DNA from: a virus
Reading direction: 5' to 3' (one strand)
IMG/VR virus record: IMGVR_UViG_3300031578_000142
Length of the DNA stretch: 39,197 bases
The notes under the pieces are model-generated. The model had not been told where the DNA came from and searched no databases. It saw only the letters and a program-made list of their open reading frames with translations. This document shows positions 30,315 through 38,789 of this stretch, piece after piece. A program made the position numbers and the translations under genes. How positions within the stretch are numbered: position 1 is the stretch's first letter; each line of letters opens with the position of its first letter.

Positions 30315-33300
30315 ATGGCGAACGAGGTAACTATACATATAAAGGGCAAGGATGACGCGTCCAAGGTCATCGGCGGCGTCGAGAAGAAAGCTGGCGGCCT
30401 GGGCGCAGCGCTTAAGAACGTCACCCAGATCGCCGGTGGTTTCCTCGCGGCCCAAATGATGACTAGCGGCGTCCAAAAGCTCACGGGCTTCCTCAGCGAC
30501 TGCACTGCCAAAGCCAAGGAGCAGGCTGCCGTCGAAGCCCAGTTGGATGCCGTCCTCAAGTCCACCGGCGGTGCGGCAGGAGTGACTGCCGATGAGATCA
30601 AGGACCTTGCATCCGAACTCCAGAAGACTACCAACTATGGCGACGAGGCGACCATCTCCGCCGCGAACATGCTCATGACCTTCACCGCCATCGGCAAGGA
30701 AGTCCTTCCAGACACCATCAAAGCCGTGCAGGATATGGCCACCGCAATGGGCACCGACCTGAAGCAGCAGTCCATCATGGTTGGTAAGGCCCTGCAAGAC
30801 CCGGTCCTTGGATGTACGGCTCTTCAGAAGGTCGGCGTCAGGCTCACCGAGAGCCAGAAGGCCTTGGTCAAGTCATTGGTGGATGTCGGTGATGTGGCCG
30901 GCGCTCAGAAGGTAATCCTCGCCGAACTGACAAAGGAGTACGGGGGCAGCGCTGAGGCTGCTGTGGCCGCCGACGGCGGGATGACGCAGATGTCGAACAA
31001 GATGGGCGATATGCAGGAGCAGATCGGCACGGCCCTCCTGCCCGCCATGGTCAAGTGGAAGGAAGCCCAACTATTCGTCCTTTCGAGCGCCATGAAGCTC
31101 GGCCCAGTATTGAAGTCATTTGCAGATGAGTGGCTCCCAAGGTTGCAAGTTGGAATAGACCTAGTCAAGGAAGCGCTGAGCAAGGTCGGGGAGGCGGTCA
31201 GCCCGATCATCGACAAGCTGAAACTCCTCGGCGATGAGCTTACGGAGTCCGGGGCCATAAGCGCGGCCGCGGCTGCTATCATCGGCACCGCTCTTGTGGC
31301 CGCATTCATAGCATTGACTGTCGCTGCTGGAACGGCTGCTGTGGCTGTCATCGCTGCCACCTGGCCCTTCATTGCTGTTGGGGCCGCCATCGCTGGGGTG
31401 ACTGCCGCCATCGTCCTGGCTGTCAAGCATTGGGACGACATCACAGCCGCCATAGGGCGGGCGAGGGACTGGTTCCTGAGCCTCCCCGCACCGATCAAGG
31501 TTGTGGCGGTTGTGCTTGGCGCGCCGCTCATCCCGATCATCGCCCTGGGCGTGGGCATCCACAGGCTGGCTACCAACTGGGGTTCTGCCTGGCAGATTAT
31601 TCGGAGCGCCACTGAGACAGTGGTCAACTTTATCATCGGTATGATCGCCACCCTAATGGGTGCAATCGCGGCAGTTTTGAGTGGCCTTGCATCTGTGGCT
31701 GAGGCAATCCCGGGCTGGATACCTGGCGCTGAGAAGGTGGCAGGAGCTCTTCGAGGCATAGCGGACGAGGCCGCAAATGCCGCCGCAATGCTCAACGAGT
31801 TCAACTTTAACCTTACCGGTGCCGCAAACGCAGCTAACGCATTTCAGGCTGTGAGTTCGGTTGCGAGTGGCGTAGCAACTGGCTTACGGGGCGCGATACA
31901 GGCCGTCGCTGGCGCGGCTGGAAAGCTATACACAGAGGCAAAGGCTCTAGTCCCCGTCCTGGGTCCTGGCCCCGGCGGAGTCGGTGGTGCTGCCGATGGA
32001 GCTGCCGGTGGGCTAGGTGGCGCGGCTAGCGCCGCCGACGATGCCCGTGGTTCTTTCGTTGCGCTTCTCGGCGCTACCAATCTCCTCAACGTCATGAACT
32101 ACCAGGCGACGATCACCGAACTCAAGCTCAGCGATGCCATGCAGCAGGTGTTTGGTATCGGCGCCGATCTCGTGCCGCTTTGGGAAACACAGATCGGCCT
32201 CCTTGAGGAGCAGCGTGATGCCCTCCGGGGAACGGGCGAGGCCAACGACATTCTTGCTGAGGCCATCGACGGAACAATCCAGGGACTCAGGGACCAGATC
32301 GAGGCCGCCGGCGATGCCCAGGATGCACTTGTCCTCATGGGCACGGACGCAGTCGGCCCCGTTGCCCAGATGTTCCAGGACATGGTGGAGAACATCGACA
32401 AGGCCACCGACTCCATCAAGGGGCTGCTCGGCATCACGACAGAGGAAGAGGCCCAACGGAACCTAGGCATCGCTACCCTTGACCTTGAGATCGCGAAGAT
32501 AGACCAACTGGCAGGAGTGAAGCGTGGCCTCACTGACCTGGATGAGATGGCCATCAAGCACTGGGAGAAGCTCATTCTGATTAGGAAGGAAGAGCTTGAC
32601 AGCATTGAGGAGGGGCAAGAAGGGGAGCGTGAGGCAATCGAGGCCAGTATAGAGGAGTTGGAAGGTAAGATAGAAAGCCTCAAAGCCCTTGGCGACACAG
32701 AGACAGCCGCGGGCAAGGCCGCCCGCGAGCACATGGAAGACCTCCTGGCACAGAAGGACGTCTTGGTGGATCAAGGCGAGGAGTGGGATGCTACCACGAA
32801 GTACCTCGGGGCCTTCATGGACGCCCAGGTCGAGGGCCGCCCCACGATGGACACGCTCACGGGGATGGTCTTCGCACAGGGCAAGCAGCTCGGGCTATGG
32901 CAGGGGGATGTAGAAGAGCTGTCGCCCGCTCTGCGCGAGTGGTATCGGACGCACTCCCAGACGGTGTTCGACATCATGCTGAACTTCAACCACCTCCTGC
33001 TGAACCAGCAGGGGTTCGTCACCGGATCGGGGACCCTGGCCGACCAGTGGGCACAGTTGTGGATCGACGCTGCGGCTGCTGTCGCCACCGCGCTGGCGGG
33101 CGTGGGAGGCGGCGACGTGGACACTGGCGAGGTGGCCGTGGGTGCGGTGCCCATGCAGCACGGAGGCATCGTCACGCGGCCCACGCTGGCTCTCCTGGGT
33201 GAGCGTGGCCCTGAGGCCGTCATCCCACTGGGGCATGGCATTACGCCGGGCGGTGACACCTACATCAACGAGATCCACATGCACGTTCAAGGCTCGATCC

Positions 33301-33380
33301 TCAGCGAGCGCGATGTCGAGAAGGTCATGGGGGACGCCCTGCGGCACGGCAAGTTCAGGGGCACTGGGGGGCTCGCATGA
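30315..33380 (+). CDS. tail tape measure protein (1021 aa)
   Basis: The N-terminal TMP signature is present (LKSTGGAAGVTADEIKDLASELQKTTNYGDEATISAANMLMTFTAIG...MATAMGTDL). There are central TM/Ala-rich segments and coiled-coil stretches. Size and position fit. Confidence 0.9.
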   Translation: MANEVTIHIKGKDDASKVIGGVEKKAGGLGAALKNVTQIAGGFLAAQMMTSGVQKLTGFLSDCTAKAKEQAAVEAQLDAVLKSTGGAAGVTADEIKDLASELQKTTNYGDEATISAANMLMTFTAIGKEVLPDTIKAVQDMATAMGTDLKQQSIMVGKALQDPVLGCTALQKVGVRLTESQKALVKSLVDVGDVAGAQKVILAELTKEYGGSAEAAVAADGGMTQMSNKMGDMQEQIGTALLPAMVKWKEAQLFVLSSAMKLGPVLKSFADEWLPRLQVGIDLVKEALSKVGEAVSPIIDKLKLLGDELTESGAISAAAAAIIGTALVAAFIALTVAAGTAAVAVIAATWPFIAVGAAIAGVTAAIVLAVKHWDDITAAIGRARDWFLSLPAPIKVVAVVLGAPLIPIIALGVGIHRLATNWGSAWQIIRSATETVVNFIIGMIATLMGAIAAVLSGLASVAEAIPGWIPGAEKVAGALRGIADEAANAAAMLNEFNFNLTGAANAANAFQAVSSVASGVATGLRGAIQAVAGAAGKLYTEAKALVPVLGPGPGGVGGAADGAAGGLGGAASAADDARGSFVALLGATNLLNVMNYQATITELKLSDAMQQVFGIGADLVPLWETQIGLLEEQRDALRGTGEANDILAEAIDGTIQGLRDQIEAAGDAQDALVLMGTDAVGPVAQMFQDMVENIDKATDSIKGLLGITTEEEAQRNLGIATLDLEIAKIDQLAGVKRGLTDLDEMAIKHWEKLILIRKEELDSIEEGQEGEREAIEASIEELEGKIESLKALGDTETAAGKAAREHMEDLLAQKDVLVDQGEEWDATTKYLGAFMDAQVEGRPTMDTLTGMVFAQGKQLGLWQGDVEELSPALREWYRTHSQTVFDIMLNFNHLLLNQQGFVTGSGTLADQWAQLWIDAAAAVATALAGVGGGDVDTGEVAVGAVPMQHGGIVTRPTLALLGERGPEAVIPLGHGITPGGDTYINEIHMHVQGSILSERDVEKVMGDALRHGKFRGTGGLA

Positions 33381-35731
33381 CCCTAGACATCGACTACCTG
33401 CTAGAAGTGGCCTGGCGTGACACGGGGGCATATAAGTATCTATTCGATCCGGATGACAACTTGACCGGCGATGTTATGTCGGTTGAGGCCATGCGCGGCC
33501 GTGACTTCGACTCTGCGGTCGGGCGGTGGACGCCGGGGCAGCTCAGCGCCCTCCTGCGGAACGATGACGGGAAGTACAGCCCCAACAACGCGGGGTCGCC
33601 GCTCTCCGGCTACCTGAAGACCAACCGCCCCATCGCTCTCTCGGCAGGGCTGCGGGAGTCGAGCCTGGCCGCCAAGTTCGTGGCCGCCAACACGCGCTAT
33701 CTGACGCACGTAGACCACGCTGCCTTGTCCGTGGGCGACATCTACTGGGACATGGTGGTGTGGGTCAAGGTCGTAACGCCTGGCAATACGCAGGGAATCG
33801 TGTTTAAGGGGGTAGACCTTGTCGCAGGAAGCGATTACGAGTATGCGCTATACACAAATGGCAGCAAGTTCACTTTCATAGTTCGAGACGTTGCGCATAC
33901 GGCGAACGCCGAGGTTGTTGCCACTACCTTTGGGAATATCCCCGCAAATACGCTGTGCATGGTGCATATGTATCACGACCCCACGGCCAACGAGATAGGC
34001 ATCTCGGTCAACGTGGGGGCGCACGATACGCAGGCAACAGCAGGCGGCATACGCGACAGCACGGCAGCCTTCCAGGTCGGGCGTATGGTTCTCAACACTG
34101 TATCCTATTGGCATGATGGTGCCACAGGGCCAATCGCCATCTGGAAGCCCACAGGCACCAACCTAACGGCAGACCAACTGACCTGGCTCTACAACGGAGG
34201 CTACGGGCGCGACAGAAGCGAGCTTGGTGTGAGCGAGACCGATGGGCAATACCTCGCCTACGATGTTGCGGGCAACTTTATCCTCTATCCATGGTGGCAG
34301 CTAGATGAGGTGTCGGGTACGCGGGCTGATTCTTGGCTTCTCCACTTATCCCTTACCGAATCTGGCGGGGCGATTTCCTCTGAGGCAGGCTTGGATACGA
34401 AGGTCTACCGGGGGCTTTGGGCGGGGACCATCGACGCGATTACCCCATCCGTCTCCACTGTAGGGGCGCTTCATGTCTCCACCCTCAAATGCCAAGGGCC
34501 ACTTTCCGCCCTTGCAGCGGCCAAGAAGCTCGACCTTCCTGTGGACGTCGCCTGGGTAGGGCTTTGGATTCGGGCCATTCTATATGCATATTGGGATGCA
34601 TTTTATACCGTATACGACTGGGACACGGGAAAGACGAAAACGGGGATATTCTATCCAGCGAATGATGCGACTGGCCTGGAGTTGTGCCGCCAGATGGAAG
34701 ATACCGAACCTGGATTGCTCTATGAGTTCCTTTCCACCCGCACAAATTCATCCCGCCATTTCATTGCAGAGGGATTTCTGTATGGTTTCACCGACCGCTG
34801 GCACCGATTAACGGCCACTCGTTCGCTGACATCCCAGGCAACCTTCTCGGACAGTGGTGCCGATCTGCCTATCACGGGAGTTGAACAGCTCGACCCGCTA
34901 GGCGGCATCTACAACAGCGTGCAGGTCTTTATCCAAGGCCCAGATATTGAAACCTCAGCCGTTCCAGGGGTGCCAGACGTGCTGTGGACAGACACGAGCT
35001 TGTGCGTCGGCACACATGGGCGAGCTGTTTTGTGCGGCGAGTCGATACAGGTCATCGCCAAATACCCAACCGAATCGCAGGGCAGTCTCGCCGCTGCTTA
35101 CGTCAACCCCTGGACGACGCCCGTGGTCGGCACCGACATCATCTCTAGTATTCCCGCCCAGAACGCCTGGCTGACGGTTACGGATGTCGTAAAGAGCGCC
35201 ACTGAGATGACATTCACGGTGAATTGTTCGGCACCCCATCCCCCATCTTATGTGCGCTTGACGACTTTGCGGGCACGAGGGATTCCTTACGGAAAGGGGC
35301 CTGCGATGCCCGTCGCCAGAGAGGATGCGGCCTCAATTGTGTCCTACGGGTTGCGGGTCTATCCCCTGCCGCCGAAGTGGCTAGGCGAGGATGCCGAAGA
35401 CGCAGAGAACTTCTGTGACTACATCATCAGTAGGTACAAAGACCCTCACGATCGCCTGCGCCTGACCTTCGTAGCAAGCAAGTCGGATGCTGCGATGTGC
35501 CAGGCTTTGGCTGGGCAGGTCGGCGACCGCATCACGATCGACGCGGACGACTTCTCCGGCCTGGGCATCGCCGATGACTTCTACATCGAGAACATCCACC
35601 ACGCCATCGACATGGGCAAGACCCGCCACATCGTGACCTACGAGCTGGTCTCGTGCTCGGGCGAAGGCGCTTATTGGATAGTGGAGCACAGCGCCAGCGC
35701 GCTGGGAACGACCACGCGGTTGGAGTATTAG
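33377..35731 (+). CDS. distal tail / baseplate-hub-like protein with an inserted LamG (ConA-like) domain
   Basis: ATG 33377 sits in an ATGA overlap with the TMP stop. The LamG pattern is IYWDMVVWVKVVT..GIVFKG...YEYALYTNGSKFTFIV...LCMVHMYHDPTANEIGISVN...FQVGR...GPIAIWK..LTADQLTWLYNGG. Confidence 0.65.
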   Translation: MTLDIDYLLEVAWRDTGAYKYLFDPDDNLTGDVMSVEAMRGRDFDSAVGRWTPGQLSALLRNDDGKYSPNNAGSPLSGYLKTNRPIALSAGLRESSLAAKFVAANTRYLTHVDHAALSVGDIYWDMVVWVKVVTPGNTQGIVFKGVDLVAGSDYEYALYTNGSKFTFIVRDVAHTANAEVVATTFGNIPANTLCMVHMYHDPTANEIGISVNVGAHDTQATAGGIRDSTAAFQVGRMVLNTVSYWHDGATGPIAIWKPTGTNLTADQLTWLYNGGYGRDRSELGVSETDGQYLAYDVAGNFILYPWWQLDEVSGTRADSWLLHLSLTESGGAISSEAGLDTKVYRGLWAGTIDAITPSVSTVGALHVSTLKCQGPLSALAAAKKLDLPVDVAWVGLWIRAILYAYWDAFYTVYDWDTGKTKTGIFYPANDATGLELCRQMEDTEPGLLYEFLSTRTNSSRHFIAEGFLYGFTDRWHRLTATRSLTSQATFSDSGADLPITGVEQLDPLGGIYNSVQVFIQGPDIETSAVPGVPDVLWTDTSLCVGTHGRAVLCGESIQVIAKYPTESQGSLAAAYVNPWTTPVVGTDIISSIPAQNAWLTVTDVVKSATEMTFTVNCSAPHPPSYVRLTTLRARGIPYGKGPAMPVAREDAASIVSYGLRVYPLPPKWLGEDAEDAENFCDYIISRYKDPHDRLRLTFVASKSDAAMCQALAGQVGDRITIDADDFSGLGIADDFYIENIHHAIDMGKTRHIVTYELVSCSGEGAYWIVEHSASALGTTTRLEY

Positions 35732-35743
35732 GGGGAAACGGCT

Positions 35744-36361
35744 ATGTGGACCGCACCGAGAACGTGGGTGGCGGGCGAGCTGGTCACGAAGGCGATACTC
35801 GACGAGCAGATTCGCGACAATATGCTGGTCCTGCATGCTGCGGCGCGCTCGTCGCTTCCACAGCCGGTGGAGGCGGTAGTGGGCGCGTCTGCTGCGATCG
35901 CCCTGGCCGCGAACAACACCACCGCTCACCTGGGCGTAATCTACGTACCACGACCGATCACTGTCGCCTCGATCCTCTACAACATCGGCGCGGGAGGCGG
36001 CGCGACTAGCGCCGTGCGCATCGCCCTCTACACCGAGGATGGCCAAACGAGGCTCATCAACGTGACGGATGTATGTGGTGCTGGTACGGGCGTCAGGACG
36101 GTGGATGTGGATCCCGATCTTGACGTGGAGGTGGGCAACTACATCATCCTCATCTGCCACTCCGTCTACGCCACGAGCGCCAAGACGATCACCCGCTACA
36201 CCTACGACATCACGCTGCAGGCGCACATAGCGACCGAGCCAGACCTGTCTGGTACGTTGACCATTGTGGGCGGTGCGGCCCCTGCTACGGTAGACCCTGA
36301 AGCCTTCACCACTGTGGCCGGCGCGCTGATTCCGGTACTGCGATTTCTGGGGGTGGCATAA
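35744..36361 (+). CDS. tail fibre / receptor-binding-type protein
   Basis: MWTAPRTWVAGELVTKAILDEQIRDNMLVL matches the widespread W..p.tW..ge.vta..ln.qirdNl..L N-terminus of phage minor tail/fibre proteins. It is the last gene of the tail module. Confidence 0.55.
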   Translation: MWTAPRTWVAGELVTKAILDEQIRDNMLVLHAAARSSLPQPVEAVVGASAAIALAANNTTAHLGVIYVPRPITVASILYNIGAGGGATSAVRIALYTEDGQTRLINVTDVCGAGTGVRTVDVDPDLDVEVGNYIILICHSVYATSAKTITRYTYDITLQAHIATEPDLSGTLTIVGGAAPATVDPEAFTTVAGALIPVLRFLGVA

Positions 36362-36406
36362 TTAAGCCCCGGAGAGGGTTAGGGCAAGATGCTGGCACAT
36401 TCTTCC

Positions 36407-36715
36407 TTATTCGGAGAGACACTCTATCCCAATGTTGAGCACTTCAAGGTCAGGCATTTCAGCCCCGTTGATGATTGTATCGGCATATTCCACCGTGTAG
36501 TGCGCCTCCATCCCGCGCACCCAACATCTGCAATATCGCGAGGCATGAGAATCGCTGAGGTCACCCTCAGCGATCACATATTCAATACAATCTTGGGTAA
36601 GAGCCTCGCGATCAGCCTTGGCCCAACCATTGGGATCCGACCCGCCCCCGCCTCCGCACGAAACCATCACCAAAAGGAGAATCGTACCAACCGTGACAAC
36701 AGACACTATCTTCAT
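36407..36715 (-). CDS. lipoprotein (moron; candidate superinfection-exclusion or lysogenic-conversion factor)
   Basis: MKIVSVVTVGTILLLVMVSCGGGGGS is a signal peptide, lipobox Cys and Gly linker. GGAGGT lies 6 nt before the ATG. The gene is on the opposite strand and looks lower in GC than its flanks. Confidence 0.75.
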   Translation of the reverse strand: MKIVSVVTVGTILLLVMVSCGGGGGSDPNGWAKADREALTQDCIEYVIAEGDLSDSHASRYCRCWVRGMEAHYTVEYADTIINGAEMPDLEVLNIGIECLSE

Positions 36716-36736
36716 AATCCTACCTCCTGGCCTAGA

Positions 36737-36765
36737 AGCATAACACGTTCCTGCATCCTTGTGGA
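36737..36765 (-). promoter_or_regulatory. candidate promoter of the lipoprotein gene (-35 TCCACA, 17 nt, extended -10 TGTTATGCT)
   Basis: On the minus strand, TCCACA is at 36765-36760 and TATGCT at 36742-36737, preceded by TGT. Confidence 0.4.
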
Positions 36766-36805
36766 GAATTCCTGATGGCGATGAAAGGCAAGAAGGAGGA
36801 GTGCG

Positions 36806-37660
36806 ATGCGCGGGATCGACGTATCCGTTTACTCTGGCGAGATCACCATAGACCAGTGGCGGAAGGTTAAAGCAGACGGCTATGGCCTAGCGGTAGTGGG
36901 CCTGTTTCATGGCCGGACCGTGAACCGCTACGCTGGGCAGCAGTTGGGGGCGGCTATCCAGGCTGGCCTGAACGTGGCTGCCTACGTCCTGATCGCCCCC
37001 TGGACTGGATGGAACGCTGCCCAGCAGGTAGCAGCAGGACTCGCTGAAGCCCAAGTCTATCGTAGCAGCCTGTGGTTCGTGGCCGTGGACGTAGAGATCG
37101 ACGGCGTGACGGGGAAGATGGTAAGAGAAGCCCTGGACGCTGTGAAGGAAATGGGGCATCGGCCTATCATCTACACAGGGGGTTGGTGGTGGCAGAACCG
37201 CTTTAACTTCAGCGATTACCCCCTGTGGGCGGCTCAATATCCCGCCTTCCTGACCGACGAGCCTGAGAACCTACTGCATACGGTGAAACTCTTTGGTGGC
37301 TGGACTCGGGAGAAGCTAGTCGGCTGGCAGTATAAGGGAACAACCGATCTCCACGGGGTCAACTGTGACCTCAATTGGTTTGATGAGACGTTCGTGAAGA
37401 GTCAGGAGAAAGAAGTGATCGAGGATCAGTTCGCGCAATTGCGGGCAACCGAGATGCACCTGATGAACCTGGCCGACGTCGCCCACGGGGTAACGCTGGC
37501 AACCCAAATGAGGATGATCAGCGCCATCCGTCACAACGAGGGCGAGTCCCCAGGGGAAGAGGAGGGCCAATGGGGATGCCTGGCAAGGGCTTACTGCGCC
37601 GAGATCAAGGCCATCGAAGAGGCGCGGAAACGATGCACATGGATGGGAAGACCAGGCTAG
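36806..37660 (+). CDS. GH25 muramidase endolysin with ~90-aa uncharacterised C-terminal region
   Basis: AGGAGGAG RBS. The GH25 pattern is present: MRGIDVSVYSGEITIDQWRKVKADGYGLAVVG, FVAVDVEIDG, PLWAAQYP, VGWQYKGTTDLHGVNCDLNWFD. Confidence 0.85.
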   Translation: MRGIDVSVYSGEITIDQWRKVKADGYGLAVVGLFHGRTVNRYAGQQLGAAIQAGLNVAAYVLIAPWTGWNAAQQVAAGLAEAQVYRSSLWFVAVDVEIDGVTGKMVREALDAVKEMGHRPIIYTGGWWWQNRFNFSDYPLWAAQYPAFLTDEPENLLHTVKLFGGWTREKLVGWQYKGTTDLHGVNCDLNWFDETFVKSQEKEVIEDQFAQLRATEMHLMNLADVAHGVTLATQMRMISAIRHNEGESPGEEEGQWGCLARAYCAEIKAIEEARKRCTWMGRPG

Positions 37661-37673
37661 TGGTATAATCATC

Positions 37674-38513
37674 TTATGAAGCGATGGGCAGGTTGTCGAC
37701 CGGGGAGTACCTCGCAAGGCTCCTGAGAGCACGGGCTTCCTGGCCCATCTGTGTGTAGATCATCGTCGTGCCGATGTCAGAGTGCCCTAGGAGAACCTGC
37801 AACGAATCGAGACCCCCGCCAGCATCCAAGAACCGGACGCTGAAGCTATGTCGGAACTTGTGAGGATTCGCGTGGACACCCGCCTTCTCCCCCACCTGGC
37901 GGATCATGTCCCTGAAACCTCCCCCTGTGATGTCCCAGAGATGGCCGTCTACTCCCCGTAGGTGCGCCTCAAACGCCTCCCGGCAACGTGCGCCCATCCT
38001 GACAACGCGCACCTTCTGGCCCTTGCCCTGGATGGTGAGCGTCGAGCTAGCGGGGTTGTAGGATTCCAGTTTCAAGGAGAGCAATTCCGCCGCCCTCAAT
38101 CCACAATCCAGCAGAAGGCAGAGCATGGCCTTGTTCCGAGTCGGGTTGCGGGTGCGTTCGCTGGCCTCGAAGAGAGAGAGGAGTTCCCCCGTGCTGAAGA
38201 CTTCTCGGCGTTGACAAGGCTTCTTTGGCTGACGAACATGAGTCATCGGGCTCTCGTGAATGACGCCCTCCTCGACACACCACCTGAAGAAGCAGGAGAT
38301 GATGGTGAAGCGGGCCCGGATCGTGCTGGGCTTGAGGTTCGACAGGCTCACCAGATATGCGCGGAGGTCTTCGGTGGAGACCCGCCGGATACGCCGGCCT
38401 CCGAGGAATTGGGCCAGGTGCGTAAGGTGCTGTCGATAACTCATTATCGTCAGGGGCGACCGCCCTGCGGCCTCTAAGTCGAAGAGGTAAGCCGTGATTA
38501 TGTCTAACACCAC
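37674..38513 (-). CDS. int: tyrosine recombinase/integrase, short XerC/XerD-like type (279 aa)
   Basis: It has a SAM-like N-terminal domain. The catalytic pattern is present: CGLRAAELLSL (R), GKGQKVRVV (K), HKFRHSF (H-x-x-R), LLGHSDIGTTMIYTQ (H..Y). The start is GTG. Confidence 0.9.
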   Translation of the reverse strand: MVLDIITAYLFDLEAAGRSPLTIMSYRQHLTHLAQFLGGRRIRRVSTEDLRAYLVSLSNLKPSTIRARFTIISCFFRWCVEEGVIHESPMTHVRQPKKPCQRREVFSTGELLSLFEASERTRNPTRNKAMLCLLLDCGLRAAELLSLKLESYNPASSTLTIQGKGQKVRVVRMGARCREAFEAHLRGVDGHLWDITGGGFRDMIRQVGEKAGVHANPHKFRHSFSVRFLDAGGGLDSLQVLLGHSDIGTTMIYTQMGQEARALRSLARYSPVDNLPIAS

Positions 38514-38519
38514 CCGCCC

Positions 38520-38528
38520 ATTCTATCA
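38520..38528 (-). promoter_or_regulatory. candidate extended -10 (TGATAGAAT) for int; the GTG start lies 7 nt downstream (leaderless geometry)
   Basis: The minus strand reads GTTGATAGAATGGGCGG-GTG. Confidence 0.35.
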
Positions 38529-38589
38529 ACGAGCAGCGCCGTTGGGGAAAATCCCGCGAAAAAAGTCCCAAGATTCTGCCCAGGGGGGC

Positions 38590-38618
38590 TTGACAGTCCA
38601 TCAATTATACCGCATTAT
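38590..38618 (+). promoter_or_regulatory. candidate early promoter (-35 TTGACA, 17 nt, -10 CATTAT); ATG 38625 lies 7 nt downstream (leaderless geometry)
   Basis: TTGACA is at 38590-38595 and CATTAT at 38613-38618. It is divergent from int. Confidence 0.45.
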
Positions 38619-38624
38619 TGGGGT

Positions 38625-38789
38625 ATGGTGACATATCGCCAAGCCATCGAACTAGGGCTCCCAACCTTCTGCTGTCAGAAGTGCGGCCATCATTGGCATC
38701 CCCGCAAGCCCAAGGCACCTGACCGCTGTCCTGGCTGTGATAGGCGTCGCTGGTGGGAGTCAGATCGCCGGGATGGAGGGAAGGCATAA
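38625..38789 (+). CDS. zinc-ribbon protein (54 aa, below the ORF-track cutoff)
   Basis: The product is MVTYRQAIELGLPTFCCQKCGHHWHPRKPKAPDRCPGCDRRRWWESDRRDGGKA. Its TAA overlaps the next ATG (TAATG). Confidence 0.55.
   Translation: MVTYRQAIELGLPTFCCQKCGHHWHPRKPKAPDRCPGCDRRRWWESDRRDGGKA

Noticed and set aside
22160-35731. Diversity-generating retroelement targeting the LamG or repeat proteins.
   Set aside because: No reverse transcriptase ORF and no template/variable repeat pair were seen anywhere in the window.
709-36226. Many long minus-strand ORFs in the track: 709-1218, 890-1450, 11947-12546, 12432-13034, 12622-13206, 18168-18908, 18953-19807, 30905-31804, 32099-32734, 32771-33259, 35381-36226.
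   Set aside because: Each lies antisense to a well-supported + strand gene (portal, protease, capsid, tape measure and others). Their products are Arg/Ser/Pro/Ala/Gly-rich, typical of open antisense frames in GC-rich DNA. They lack RBS and have no recognisable motifs.
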